Shown piece by piece: positions 1 through 10,800 of a stretch of 64,000 bases of DNA (its first letter is position 1; each line of letters begins with the position of its first letter). The DNA comes from an uncultured Rickettsiales bacterium. GTDB taxonomy: Bacteria > Pseudomonadota > Alphaproteobacteria > Rickettsiales > SXRF01. Made by a program: the position numbers and the translations under genes. Location of the stretch: assembly GCA_964405685.1 (NCBI GenBank), contig CAYOOP010000001.1, forward strand, positions 124,551-188,550. The letters are read 5' to 3'. The notes under the pieces were generated by a model. That model was not told the DNA's origin. It did no database searches and saw nothing but the letters and a program-made list of their open reading frames with translations.

Positions 1-443
1 TTCATTGCATTCACCCGTTTAAAATCGACCATTTCATCAATAATCCCCTTGAGCGGATTCAAATCGAAGAGATTAAACTGCGAAGGTGAAAACAGCTTGG
101 TGAGATAATCAAGTGCAATGGTCTGCGGCGAAAAATCAATCCCCACATCGCCTAAAAATTTTCCTAGCGGATTGCGTGCAAACGGCAGCATTTGCATCGA
201 AAGACTAACCTTTTTCCAAAACGCATAGAGATGCTCCCGCGCCCCATCTTCCCCGCCACGTGCAAAGCCATCGGCCAGTACCACCGCCTGCACCGCGCCG
301 CCGGAGGTCGCCGAAATCGCCTCAATACCAACTTTCGGCGAAGCCAAAAGCGTCTCCAGCGCGCCCCACGCAAAGGCCGCATGCATCGCCCCGCCTTGCA
401 GCGCTAGCGTAATGGGATAAGGGTTGGATTTGGGTCTGGTCAT
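1..443 (-). CDS. Patatin-like phospholipase family protein, N-terminal part (runs off window start)
   Basis: Manual translation from ATG at 443: MTRPKSNPYPITLALQGGAMHAAFAWGALETLL...IEAISATSGGAVQAVVLADG; matches the patatin LALQGGG and GxSxG motifs in degenerate form. Not in the ORF track because it has no stop in the window. Confidence 0.8.
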   Translation of the reverse strand, partial: MTRPKSNPYPITLALQGGAMHAAFAWGALETLLASPKVGIEAISATSGGAVQAVVLADGFARGGEDGAREHLYAFWKKVSLSMQMLPFARNPLGKFLGDVGIDFSPQTIALDYLTKLFSPSQFNLFDLNPLKGIIDEMVDFKRVNAM

Positions 444-590
444 AGACCCATTCTACTGCAAATTGCTTGCCAAGTCACGGATAAGCACAGCGTAACTAAG
501 CATATGCCAGGTTCATAATTCACAAAAGTGTCACATTTTTTCACCCTCAGACATGCTATTTTGTAAGCCAAACCATAGGAGGGGAAACGT

Positions 591-1097
591 ATGTACCTAT
601 CGACCGAAGGCTATTACGAAGTAGGCAATTCCAAAAAACTGACTGAGTTTGAAAGTCAAGCGCAGTATCTCAAAGACATGGGGGCCAAACCTCTCACCTG
701 GTACGAATTCCAAAAAACCCATCCCGAGGTGGAACCCAAAAAATCAAGCTTGGCGGGCGCAAGCTACGGTGCATTGCTGGGTATGACTGCAGCGATAGGG
801 GGATTAATTGCGACCATCACAACAGGAGTATTCGCTCCGGCTGAACCACTGGTTTTCTACACCGTCGCCCTCTCAGGATTCGTAGGGGGTATGGTTATAG
901 GCAGCCAGTTTAATAATACATCTTATGATAAACGCGCCGCCAAGGTTGATGCCTACGGCGAATATTTAAAATCGCTAGAAACAACCGCGTTATCGCGCGC
1001 GCGCTCCAGACAACATGAAACAGAATACGGTAACGAACCTAGTAGGCATGCCGAACGTTACGCGTCAACAAGAACGCACGAAGGCTTTGCCCGATAA
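591..1097 (+). CDS. Hypothetical membrane protein (two Gly-rich hydrophobic segments)
   Basis: 168-aa ORF, strong RBS (taggagggg) upstream, two hydrophobic stretches; no family recognised. Confidence 0.7.
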   Translation: MYLSTEGYYEVGNSKKLTEFESQAQYLKDMGAKPLTWYEFQKTHPEVEPKKSSLAGASYGALLGMTAAIGGLIATITTGVFAPAEPLVFYTVALSGFVGGMVIGSQFNNTSYDKRAAKVDAYGEYLKSLETTALSRARSRQHETEYGNEPSRHAERYASTRTHEGFAR

Positions 1098-1838
1098 TCA
1101 CTGACCCGTAAATTTGGGTTTTCGTTTCTCAAGAAACGCTGAATTCCCCTCTACGCGATCTTTCGTGTTGATGAGGGTTTGGTAGATTGCAAGTTCATTC
1201 CCCTCGCGCACTGCTTTTTTGATGGCTTTAAGCGACAGTGGCGCATTTGCAGCGATTGCTGTTGCAAGCGCAAGTGCTTCCGCCTCCAGCGTTTCAGGCG
1301 AGTGCAATGCATTCACTAACCCCAGCTCATACGCTTTTTGTGCATCAATGGGCTTTGCCGTATAAAGCATTTCTTTCGCGGCGCGTTCACCAATCGCTTT
1401 CGGTAAATTCTGCGTGCCGCCGAGGCCAGGCATAATGCCGAGCGAAGCTTCGGTGAGTGCGAAGCGGGCGGTGGTGGATGCGATCATAAAATCGCAAACG
1501 AGTGCGAGTTCGAGTCCACCCGCATAAGCCGCGCCGTTTACCACAGCAATCACAGGCACAGGACATTTGGAAACAGCTTCCACCGCGCGTTCCATGGCAT
1601 CATGCTGGCGTTTCCACGCGGCTTCGTCCATGCCCTGACGTTCTTTTAAATCCGCACCCGCGCAAAAGGCGCGATCGCCTGCACCCGTGAGTAAAATAGC
1701 TCTATTATTATCAATATTTTCAAATGCTTGTGATAGTTGTTCACATAAATGCTGACTCAGCGCATTGGCCGTCTCGGGCCGATTTAGCGTGATGCGTGTA
1801 ATAAAAGGAGCGGGATTTTCTTTGATAATCACTTGCAT
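1098..1838 (-). CDS. Enoyl-CoA hydratase/isomerase family protein
   Basis: ITLNRPETANAL, AFCAGADLKE, VNGAAYAGGLELALVCD, LTEASLGIMPGLGGTQ crotonase motifs. Confidence 0.93.
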   Translation of the reverse strand: MQVIIKENPAPFITRITLNRPETANALSQHLCEQLSQAFENIDNNRAILLTGAGDRAFCAGADLKERQGMDEAAWKRQHDAMERAVEAVSKCPVPVIAVVNGAAYAGGLELALVCDFMIASTTARFALTEASLGIMPGLGGTQNLPKAIGERAAKEMLYTAKPIDAQKAYELGLVNALHSPETLEAEALALATAIAANAPLSLKAIKKAVREGNELAIYQTLINTKDRVEGNSAFLEKRKPKFTGQ

Positions 1839-1896
1839 ATTCGGGAAAAATACCTAGATTGCCGTTTCCTTCAACAAATACTCGGAAAATATATCT

Positions 1897-2442
1897 ATGG
1901 CAAACCCCTTAATGCCGAAAGCTACTGCTGTATGGCTCGTTGAAAACACCGCGCTTAGCTTCGAACAAATCGCTGAATTCTGCGGTATGCACGCACTCGA
2001 AGTGCAAGGCATTGCCGATGACGAAGTCGCAACCGGCATGCGCGGGGTAGACCCTGTGGCTGCAGGCGCTGTTACCTCTGAGGAAATCAAGCGCTGCGAG
2101 GCCGACCCGGATACAAGCCTGCAAATGGCCGCCACCGCCCGCCAATATATCTCCAATAAATCCAAAGGCGCACGCTACACGCCCGTCTCCCGCCGTCAGG
2201 ACAAACCGGATGCGATTGCCTATCTCATCAAATTCTTCCCGACGATGCCTGATTCGCAAATCATCAAACTGATCGGTACCACGAAAACGACGATCGCGGC
2301 TGTCCGCGACCGCTCGCACCGCAACCATGCGACCATCAAACCGCGGGATCCGGTATTGCTCGGCCTCTGCAGCCAGCTCGATCTGGATAAAATCGTTGCG
2401 CCCTATAAACCCACCAATAACGATCAGGCCGAAAGCGCTTAG
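1897..2442 (+). CDS. DUF1013 domain protein (conserved in Alphaproteobacteria)
   Basis: N-terminus PLMPKATAVWLVENTALSFEQIAEFCGMH and RRQDKPDAI...IKPRDPVLLGLC are characteristic of this family. Confidence 0.9.
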   Translation: MANPLMPKATAVWLVENTALSFEQIAEFCGMHALEVQGIADDEVATGMRGVDPVAAGAVTSEEIKRCEADPDTSLQMAATARQYISNKSKGARYTPVSRRQDKPDAIAYLIKFFPTMPDSQIIKLIGTTKTTIAAVRDRSHRNHATIKPRDPVLLGLCSQLDLDKIVAPYKPTNNDQAESA

Positions 2443-2488
2443 CTTCAATTGCTCCCGCAAAATCCTCCTGGATTTGAATAACGTGTCC

Positions 2489-3862
2489 TTATCTCACCGA
2501 AATATTATTCGTGATAAAGGCGTGATAGGCCAGGTTGCGCACATGCGCAAAGAGTACGGCAACAGCAAGCACGAACGAGACAATACTCGCCATAAAATAC
2601 CCAAATCCATAGGCGTAGTAGCCCAGCTTGAGCGTTAGCAGCGTCACTGCAGCGTTGATTAAGAAAAAGACCGCGTAAATCCACATACACTGGCGGCGAC
2701 AATCAAAGTAAGAGAGAATGATAGTCGCCGTAAGCATCAGCAAATGGAAAAACCCACCAATAATGCCGAAGCGGAACATGCCCGCCGCCTCCGGCCGCGC
2801 GTGCACAGCTGCAAGAATCGCGGTTGCAAGAATAAGCCCCGTGCAGGCAAACACACCCTGCGTCATCGTCAACTGCCGCGCGCCTTCATGCACGCTGCCA
2901 ATTAATTCGCCCTTGCGTCGCAGGATGCGGCTTAAAGGCTTGTGCTCCAAAATATCGTCGAAGAAACGCCGGTAGTGCTGGAAGAAATTGGTCTCGACCG
3001 CAAACACAAACACCACAAATGCCGGAAGCGTAAACAGAACGGCCATAAACATAGCCTGATCGTAATCCGGGAAAATATGCATGCCGCTGCCAAGCACCGT
3101 CGCATGCGGTGAAAACCACAGAATCCATTTATCCACCCAAATCGCCGCACTGTAACAAAACGCGCCAATGGCAAGCGGCAAATAGTTTTTGAAATACGGC
3201 AGCAATTGAAATTCCGGATCCGTTTTATAGGGATACTCAACCAAAATACGCGCAAGCAAAAGTGCTGCTACCGCCGCCAAACCTGCATTGAATGCCCCCA
3301 GCAAATAGGCCGTCTGGCTGCTCCCCACCGCCACTAACCCCACCGCAATTGCAAGCCCAGCCAGGAACGATTTGGAAACCGCCATGTAATCTTTCAAACC
3401 CATCAAAAACACCATCAACACCCAGATAATCGCGATTAAAAACAAATTGATGAATGCCATGATTTTAACGGGCAGCGGCAGGCTATAAAACCCGCTTACG
3501 TACCACAGCAGTGCCACCGGCACATGCACGGCCAGCACCAAGGCCAAGCTTTTGAACAATGCAGTCGGAATCGACGTTACATTGCGTGCATGGATCGCAT
3601 CAGACAATACGCGTGTAGCAATAATGAATATGGGAGAGGCGAGCACCAGCGACGCTGAAAAATTATACACGGTAATGGTGCGAAAATCGACAATCTGCGG
3701 CGTCGCTTGCCCACCGGCGATCAGCGTCATCGCCGCCAGCGCAACCACCGTAAATATCCACGGGCCCACCGCCGCGACCGCCGTATGCAAAAAGGCATGT
3801 GCGACATCAAGCAGCGTGTCGCGCTGTGTCAGTTTAACCAGTTCAAATCCAATCCCAGCCAT
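2489..3862 (-). CDS. pelG: Pel polysaccharide transporter PelG
   Basis: MAGIGFELVKL start, GPWIFTV, WVDKWILW, YD.AMF..ETNF motifs; about 12 TM helices; last gene of pel operon. Confidence 0.93.
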   Translation of the reverse strand: MAGIGFELVKLTQRDTLLDVAHAFLHTAVAAVGPWIFTVVALAAMTLIAGGQATPQIVDFRTITVYNFSASLVLASPIFIIATRVLSDAIHARNVTSIPTALFKSLALVLAVHVPVALLWYVSGFYSLPLPVKIMAFINLFLIAIIWVLMVFLMGLKDYMAVSKSFLAGLAIAVGLVAVGSSQTAYLLGAFNAGLAAVAALLLARILVEYPYKTDPEFQLLPYFKNYLPLAIGAFCYSAAIWVDKWILWFSPHATVLGSGMHIFPDYDQAMFMAVLFTLPAFVVFVFAVETNFFQHYRRFFDDILEHKPLSRILRRKGELIGSVHEGARQLTMTQGVFACTGLILATAILAAVHARPEAAGMFRFGIIGGFFHLLMLTATIILSYFDCRRQCMWIYAVFFLINAAVTLLTLKLGYYAYGFGYFMASIVSFVLAVAVLFAHVRNLAYHAFITNNISVR

Positions 3863-3864
3863 GG

Positions 3865-5361
3865 CTACCTCAAATACGATTGATAGAGGTTACGGTACGC
3901 GTCAAACTGCCCACGCTTTTGGTACAGCGCATGGATGCGCGTTTTAATCGCCCGGCTCGCCGCTTCATAGCGCTCGCGGTTAGTCAGCAACTCGATGATC
4001 GCCTCAGCCGTTGCCTGCGGATTGGCAAGCGGCGTAATCACCCCGCCATCACCAAACGCCGGCATTTCACCCTCGCACCCACACACCAACTCCCGGCACG
4101 CCCCCACGTCGGTGGCAATCAGCGGAATACCCGCCGCACCGGCTTCTAGCATCACCAGCGGCTGCACTTCGGAAATGCTGGTAAGAGCCACCACATCAAT
4201 CACCGGATAATACTGATCCACCGAGGCCATACCCATAAACTTGACCACGTGATCAAGCCCCATCGCTGTGGCTAAATGCTGGCAGGTTTCCGCATACGCA
4301 GGGTCTTCATCGGTCGGGCCAATAATCAGCGCCTGCAATTGCGGAATGGCTTGCACGGCAATCGCAACCGCGTGAATAAAGGTTTTAACGTCTTTCATCG
4401 GCACCACGCGCCCCACCAGCGCGACTGTGGGGTGAATATGCGGCTGGTGCGGCAGGGATGCGAAACGCTCTACATCAATGCCATTAGGCACCACACGGGT
4501 TTTACCAAGCGATGCGCCATCCGCATGTTGCGCCATCTGGCTGCCAGAAAAAAGTGAAGTAATCTGGTCGGATGCCTCATAGGCAATGTGCCCCATTTTC
4601 TCAAAATAACGCACCCACAACGCACGCAAATCCGCACCCACGCGGTCCACCGAAAGCACGCTCTCGCGGTGCTGCTGCAACCACTCTGCACCTAAAATCT
4701 CAATCCGCCGCTCGTTGGTATAAATACCGTGTTCGCTGATCAACAGCGGCGCGCCTGTCTCATGCTTAGCGCGCGCCCCGAGCAGACCTGCATAGCCGGT
4801 GGAGACGGCGTGATACATCCGCGCAACGGGTAACGGGAAGGTCAGTGTAGATGTCAGCGTCGAAAGCATGACGCGATACGACCAAAAGAAATCAAGAAAC
4901 GACACATGCGCATACCCTGATTCATACGTGGCCAGCAAGGTTTCCCAAGCCGCCTTGTCATTTAGCAAGCTAGCGCTGTTGATGTGCGCACGGTAGGTTG
5001 CAAACACACGTAGTAAGGTCGAAAAATCGTCGCGCTCAAAAGGCAAATCATCGATTAACCCCATCAAAAGCGGCCGCAAGCGTGCATGTATTTCTTCGGA
5101 TGCCGCCAGCGTATTGCGCCCATCAGGCAATGCTCCCAGCCGATACGCGTCATGTTTGATCACGTTGGAAGGAATGGCATAAAACGGTGTTAGATCCTGC
5201 ACAGGCGATACGAGCGATACCACATGAAAGCGGTATTCCTTCATCTCGCTCACCATGTCGTGAATCCAAGACGCGACACCGCCCTTAACGTAAGGGTAGC
5301 TACCTTCGGAAATAATGCAGATGTCGGCGATACCACTCATGCGGCAACCCCTTGCTGCCAA
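3865..5361 (-). CDS. pelF: GT4 glycosyltransferase PelF
   Basis: EGSYPYVKGGVASW, HAVSTGYAG, SEHGIYTNERRIE, LTSISEVQPLVMLEA motifs. Confidence 0.93.
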   Translation of the reverse strand: MAARGCRMSGIADICIISEGSYPYVKGGVASWIHDMVSEMKEYRFHVVSLVSPVQDLTPFYAIPSNVIKHDAYRLGALPDGRNTLAASEEIHARLRPLLMGLIDDLPFERDDFSTLLRVFATYRAHINSASLLNDKAAWETLLATYESGYAHVSFLDFFWSYRVMLSTLTSTLTFPLPVARMYHAVSTGYAGLLGARAKHETGAPLLISEHGIYTNERRIEILGAEWLQQHRESVLSVDRVGADLRALWVRYFEKMGHIAYEASDQITSLFSGSQMAQHADGASLGKTRVVPNGIDVERFASLPHQPHIHPTVALVGRVVPMKDVKTFIHAVAIAVQAIPQLQALIIGPTDEDPAYAETCQHLATAMGLDHVVKFMGMASVDQYYPVIDVVALTSISEVQPLVMLEAGAAGIPLIATDVGACRELVCGCEGEMPAFGDGGVITPLANPQATAEAIIELLTNRERYEAASRAIKTRIHALYQKRGQFDAYRNLYQSYLR

Positions 5362-6452
5362 AACTGAACCACATCGACAAGTGCGCCCTCACCCACCGCC
5401 TGCAACTCCTCGCCATGGCGTTGCATCAGATGGCGCAAATCATGAAAACGGCCCAGCGCATAAAGCGCCTCAGCATACCACCCAATAATCAGCGGATCCA
5501 AACGCCCACTATCAATGGCCTGCCTAAGCCACTCTGCCGCCCGCTCGTACTGCCCACTTCGGATCAACAAGCGTCCGATCCATGCAAATACCCGCGTATC
5601 TTCGTGTTCATGGCGCAAATATTTCTGATAATACTCGTAGGCCTGGGTCATGTAATCATCCTGCCGCTGCTTATCGAGCAGGCCACAAAACGCAAAATCA
5701 TCGTAAAATCGTGCGGCAGCAAGCAAGTACTCAGACCGGGTTTCGTGCCGCGTGACTGCTTTTTTAAGCTGCATCTCGAGCTGTAAAAAATGGCTTTGGA
5801 TTTTAACGACACTAATGGCCGCAAGGGTGCGTACCACTTGCGATGTATCCCGAAGCGCCAGTTGTAGCGCGGGAGTAAATTTGGGTTGAAACTGTAAGGT
5901 CATCTGATTAATCGCTTCACGCTTTTGCGCGTCGCTACCAAGGCGCATCACATCCATATACGGCACCACATCATACGCACGCGGCTGCTCATCCACCCCC
6001 AAAATAATGTCATCGTAAAGCGTCTCCCCCATGCTGGTGGCGGATGTCGGATAAATGGCATCAAACCATTGCTGAAAGGAGAATGCGTGGTGCCTCTGAT
6101 AGAGATGAGCGATCAATGTAACGATTCCTCCCAACGCACCAAAGGGCCCTGTAAGCGCCACGCTAAACACCATCACCTTGGCCATCAGCAGTTCAAATCC
6201 CATGCGTTCCTTAGCAGACACAAACATCCATGCGATGAGAACAGTCCCCGCGTGAACCCCCAATGCCACGCTTGCAGGAACAGCACCGATGACGGCAAGC
6301 CACACCAATGCGCTATCAAGCGCCAAGAAAAACAAACACATCGCCATAAGCAATATCCGCTCGGAAGCCGGAATACTCGCTTTAAGACGATCGTGCACAT
6401 CCGATTCGACAATATAGGCATTCACATAAGAAAGGTAGCGTGAGCGGATCAT
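5337..6452 (-). CDS. pelE: PelE-like membrane/TPR protein
   Basis: N-terminal TM helices followed by helical TPR-like region; lies between pelD and pelF with overlapping stops/starts. Confidence 0.75.
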   Translation of the reverse strand: MIRSRYLSYVNAYIVESDVHDRLKASIPASERILLMAMCLFFLALDSALVWLAVIGAVPASVALGVHAGTVLIAWMFVSAKERMGFELLMAKVMVFSVALTGPFGALGGIVTLIAHLYQRHHAFSFQQWFDAIYPTSATSMGETLYDDIILGVDEQPRAYDVVPYMDVMRLGSDAQKREAINQMTLQFQPKFTPALQLALRDTSQVVRTLAAISVVKIQSHFLQLEMQLKKAVTRHETRSEYLLAAARFYDDFAFCGLLDKQRQDDYMTQAYEYYQKYLRHEHEDTRVFAWIGRLLIRSGQYERAAEWLRQAIDSGRLDPLIIGWYAEALYALGRFHDLRHLMQRHGEELQAVGEGALVDVVQFWQQGVAA

Positions 6453-7813
6453 GCCGCAAGCGCCTGCACGCTCGTGGTGAAGGAATAACGCAAGCCCTGC
6501 GTGGCGAGCTTTTGGTTGAGTGTCGCAGAGATGCGTTCACGCACGACCTCGGCACCTTCTAAAGCCGTCGTCGGCAACACAATACTGTAGTCCGAACCTG
6601 TCTGCCGGTAATCAAATGCCAAATCCGCCGCACGCAAACTTTCGCGTACCGCATCTCGAACACTACGCGCCAAGCGCACCTGCATGTCCTCCGCGAGCGA
6701 CTCCGGAACATTAAGCGAGACGGTAAGCAGGCTTACCGGAAACTTGGCACGTTGGCCGAGCGATTTTAGGTATTGAGTATGGCGTTCGAAATACGAACGC
6801 GTCATCAACTGGTGGCGCGGATCAATCACCGCATCCGAAAGTGCTTGGTCGAAATGGCGTGTGTTGATCAGTGCCTGCGCCGCCCAATCCGCCACCGCAC
6901 GCACCGTCTCCACTGTTTGCATGCCTAAATCATGAAACTGCAATACTTCGATTTTAAGCATGCCGAGCACCTCGCCCGTACGCGCGATGATGGGTGTCGC
7001 AAGAACCCCTTCACCCGCCAGTGCTGCAGCGTGGGTTTCGTTTGCCACCGTGAGCAATTCACGCCGTCCGATGATCATTTCATAGAGCGCAGAGCTCGGC
7101 GGAATCCGGCGTAAGAAACCGCTTTGTGCGTCCCCCCAACCTGAGGCGATACTCACATTTAACCCCTGGCTATCGAGTAAGAATAGCGAAAATGATTTCG
7201 CGTCCGTCAGTTCACGCACAACCGTTTCAATCGCGCGCATCAATTGCGCAGGCGACATCGTCTCCATCGCCTTAGCGGCCTGATACACCGTCAGCGCCGA
7301 GCGCATATCACTCGCCACACGCTCTTCCAACCGCTGCTTGCGGCTGCGCACTTCCTGGTAGGCTTGTGCTGTTACCGATTCACGCGAGAGCGCGTCCATC
7401 AACTGTCCGTTTAAACGGTTGTTTTCACGGATATGACGCTGGCGAATTTCCCCTAGCACCAAGGCCGCGGCCAACCACAACACCGGCAATGTGAGTGCTT
7501 CTGAAGAAATAATGGTGTGCACTGGAAAGGCAGGGTTACCCACCACAAACACCAGCGTACTAAATGCCGCCGCGACCAACCCTGCAATCACGCCATATTG
7601 CACCGACAGCAGCAACACAATAATCCAAAACGGATGGGGTTGCACTCCCGCGTAGCGTGTACCTTCAAAAAACGCCATATCCACCACAAGCGCTATGGCG
7701 ATAAAGACCATCAACTCAATCCACGCATGCAACCGCACGCCTAGGATGTTGGAAGTGGTAGGATTCGTCTCCAAGCGTTCTTCAATGACCCGCTCGGCTG
7801 TTACCAAGTCCAT
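6449..7813 (-). CDS. pelD: PelD-like c-di-GMP receptor (TM + GAF + degenerate GGDEF)
   Basis: 4 TM, coiled coil, GAF-like region, C-terminal GGDEF-like fold with RxxD I-site (LRAADL) and no GGDEF motif. Confidence 0.85.
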   Translation of the reverse strand: MDLVTAERVIEERLETNPTTSNILGVRLHAWIELMVFIAIALVVDMAFFEGTRYAGVQPHPFWIIVLLLSVQYGVIAGLVAAAFSTLVFVVGNPAFPVHTIISSEALTLPVLWLAAALVLGEIRQRHIRENNRLNGQLMDALSRESVTAQAYQEVRSRKQRLEERVASDMRSALTVYQAAKAMETMSPAQLMRAIETVVRELTDAKSFSLFLLDSQGLNVSIASGWGDAQSGFLRRIPPSSALYEMIIGRRELLTVANETHAAALAGEGVLATPIIARTGEVLGMLKIEVLQFHDLGMQTVETVRAVADWAAQALINTRHFDQALSDAVIDPRHQLMTRSYFERHTQYLKSLGQRAKFPVSLLTVSLNVPESLAEDMQVRLARSVRDAVRESLRAADLAFDYRQTGSDYSIVLPTTALEGAEVVRERISATLNQKLATQGLRYSFTTSVQALAA

Positions 7814-10800
7814 CGCGCATAGCCCCCAAGCGAGGATGCGTTATGCTTGCTGGCGTTTTCTTCTTCGAAACCATAGCGGCCGCGCAGCTGAATATCGAAA
7901 TCATCGGCAAGGTTATGGGTTAAGCGGCCTTCCGCAATCGGCCCCTGGTCTCCCAGGCGATCAATTGCGTAACCAAGTTCCATTTCACCATTCGTCTGCA
8001 CGTCGAAATCATGAGAGACAACGGCGGTCAGCGAATGCACTTCGCGCGAGCGCAGCGGTAGATATTTAAAGGTCGAGCCCGCAAAGCTATTGCGCTTCAC
8101 ACGGCCGCGGAGATATTCGCCGTTAAAGTTATACGAAAGCGCCACATACGGTTGCAAATCTTGCAGCGTATACAGCACATTCGCGCGCGCCGACACCGAA
8201 TCCGCAATGTTTTCCTTCACATCAACGCTATAGCGGTTATACGCACCTTCCGCACGCACTGTGAAATCCGGATCCGGTTTCCACCAGTGGGAAGCCCCCA
8301 CGCGGTCACGCACCGTATCAGCCACCACCGCTTCAGGCAGATCCCAATACGGTTTATGGTATTCGCCGTAGACCTGCGTCGTGCCAAGCAGGTTAACAGA
8401 CTGGTACGAAAGCGCACCGCCGCCTGTATCTTGGTTGCCAAAAACACTCGCGGCAACCACGCTGCTATCATCCACCATCTTCGCCATTTCGAGTTCGGCG
8501 CGGAATTTATTGCCGCTGAACTCGCGCGCCGCGCCCTGCGTGCGACGAATCACGCCGGTTTTGATATGGTTGGTTTGGAGCTTGAGTGTTGCCTCCACAT
8601 CATCGGTATATTGCACGCGGGCTTCCAGCGTTGAGAGGTTTTGCTTGGCGCTGCCCAGTTTGTACCATTCGTGGTCAAGCTTGAGATGTTCGGCATGGAA
8701 CCGCTCGATATTGCGGCGCATGCGCGCAATGTCTTCGTTCTGAGGGTCGAGACGTTGTGCATCTTTTACCAGCTTCAGCGCGCGCTTAGGATTGGCGGCA
8801 TAAAACTCAGCATTGGCCTGATACGCTTTATATTCCGGCGCGTCCGCATAATCAGCACCGAGCGCGTTCAAGCGGTTAAGCGCCTGATCCACCTCGTTCG
8901 ATTCCAACTCCGTGCGTGCATACAGCAGTTGCAACCGCAAATATCCCTGACGGTTATCCGCGACCATGGGTGCTGCGGCATTGTCAGCAACGGCAGACAC
9001 CGTTGCGCCATCAGAACGCAAGCTATAGCCAGGCGCAGCAGCAATCACGATGCTGTCATAGCTCACCGTATAATACGAAAGCCAGGCCGGTTTCGGCGAT
9101 GCACCGCCCGGCACAAAATGCGCCGGCAGCGGACGATTAAATTGCAATTTCAATTCATGGCCACCAGACATCGGCTGGATGGTAGTCAGCGCATCGGCAG
9201 GCACTTGCAACACACCGCTCACATCCATCGCAACGGGCGCAACCGCGCGAACACCCGGCTTAATGCCACCACCATACGTCGCAGCAACCGCGCGCGCATC
9301 GCTATGACGTTTTTGCTCCAGCAATGCGGCAATGTAATCCGCAAGCAGGGTTTCATCCTGCGGGTTTTGTTTCATCAGACCTTCAAATCCGCGACGCGCA
9401 GGGTCGATCATCCCAAGCGCCATTTGCGAGGCGTAGATTTTTTCTTGCGTGCCGCGATCATCAAACTGCTGGCCTTCGCCTGCTTTGAGCGCCGCTTGAT
9501 AATAGGCTTGCGCCTGTGTGTCATCTCCATCGCGGTGCGCGAGCGTTGCTTGATAATAGTTGATAGCCACCGCTTCACGCGCGCTATCCACCGCATCACG
9601 GCCCGCCGAATTCGTACGGCCCGCGGTCGCAAGTGCCGAAGAAGCCTCAACGTAGCGCGCACGCTGTAAATTAAGTTCAGCAACGCTGATATGGGTGCGG
9701 CGTGTCGCATCTGGTGCCGAAGCGGCCGCATTCAGCAGACGTTCACCTTCGGCCGGATTACGGTTAGTAAATGCCACCGCTGCCTGGTTCACCATTGCAT
9801 CGGCCGAGGTCGCCTGTACGCCACGCACTTGTTTATATCTATCCAATTGATCGGCTTGCCCAAGCTGCTGCAAGGAGCTTGCATAGCGCTGAGAAAACGC
9901 CAACACATTCAACCAATCCGGATTCAATTCCGCCGCCGCAACAATCCCCTCGGCAGGTGCAGCACTGGCGATCACCTCAATCCAACCAGTACGGTTTTCA
10001 CCTTTGGATTGTTTCGCTGCTGAAGTCAGCCATGCCATTTCCTGCTGGCCCACGCGCGCGCCGAGCACATACATGAGTTGTTCCGCATCCGAACTCTTCG
10101 GCCCATTTTTTACCGCCAGCTGCGCAAACAGTTTCACCGCATCTTGCTTACGCCCAGCATTAAGCGCGTCAAACGCCGTTGCCCGCAGGAACGCATCGCT
10201 CATCCCAGGGCGGGTTGCAAGCGCAATGCGCTTATCGAGCGCCACCGACGGCGCAGGCATGGCCGCTTTTGCCGTTGCCGAATGCCCTATACGTTTACTA
10301 GAAGCCGCACGCGCTACAGGTTTAGCAGTTTCATCATCGCTTGAAGCCTTAGCCGTTTTAGCCGCTTTCGGCGCTTTGCCCGCCAGACGTTTGGCCGGTG
10401 CTGCCGTCAGACTATTATAAAGCTGCGACCATTTTTCTTTCGTATCATCGGCTGCCGTTTGCATGCCATGCTCAGCATACTCCATTGCCATCACCTTGTC
10501 GCCCGCATTAAGCAGCGCGTACACACGGTCCATTTTCTGCGCATCCGTCAGCTTGCCGGATTCGAATTGGTCTTTCACCAGCGTGCGCAGTTCGTCGCGC
10601 GCCGCATCATCCGTTTTAGCCACATTCGCAAGCGCGACAAAATACGATTCTTCGTATTCACCATCCACCGCAGAAGCGCGCAGCTCCTTAAACAACGGCA
10701 AGGCTTTTGCATACTCACCCTGGGCCGCGTAGGCTTCGGCAGAGATTTTCTTGAGGTCCGCAGGCATGGCCGCCGCATCTGCGGGTTTGACCACATCGAT

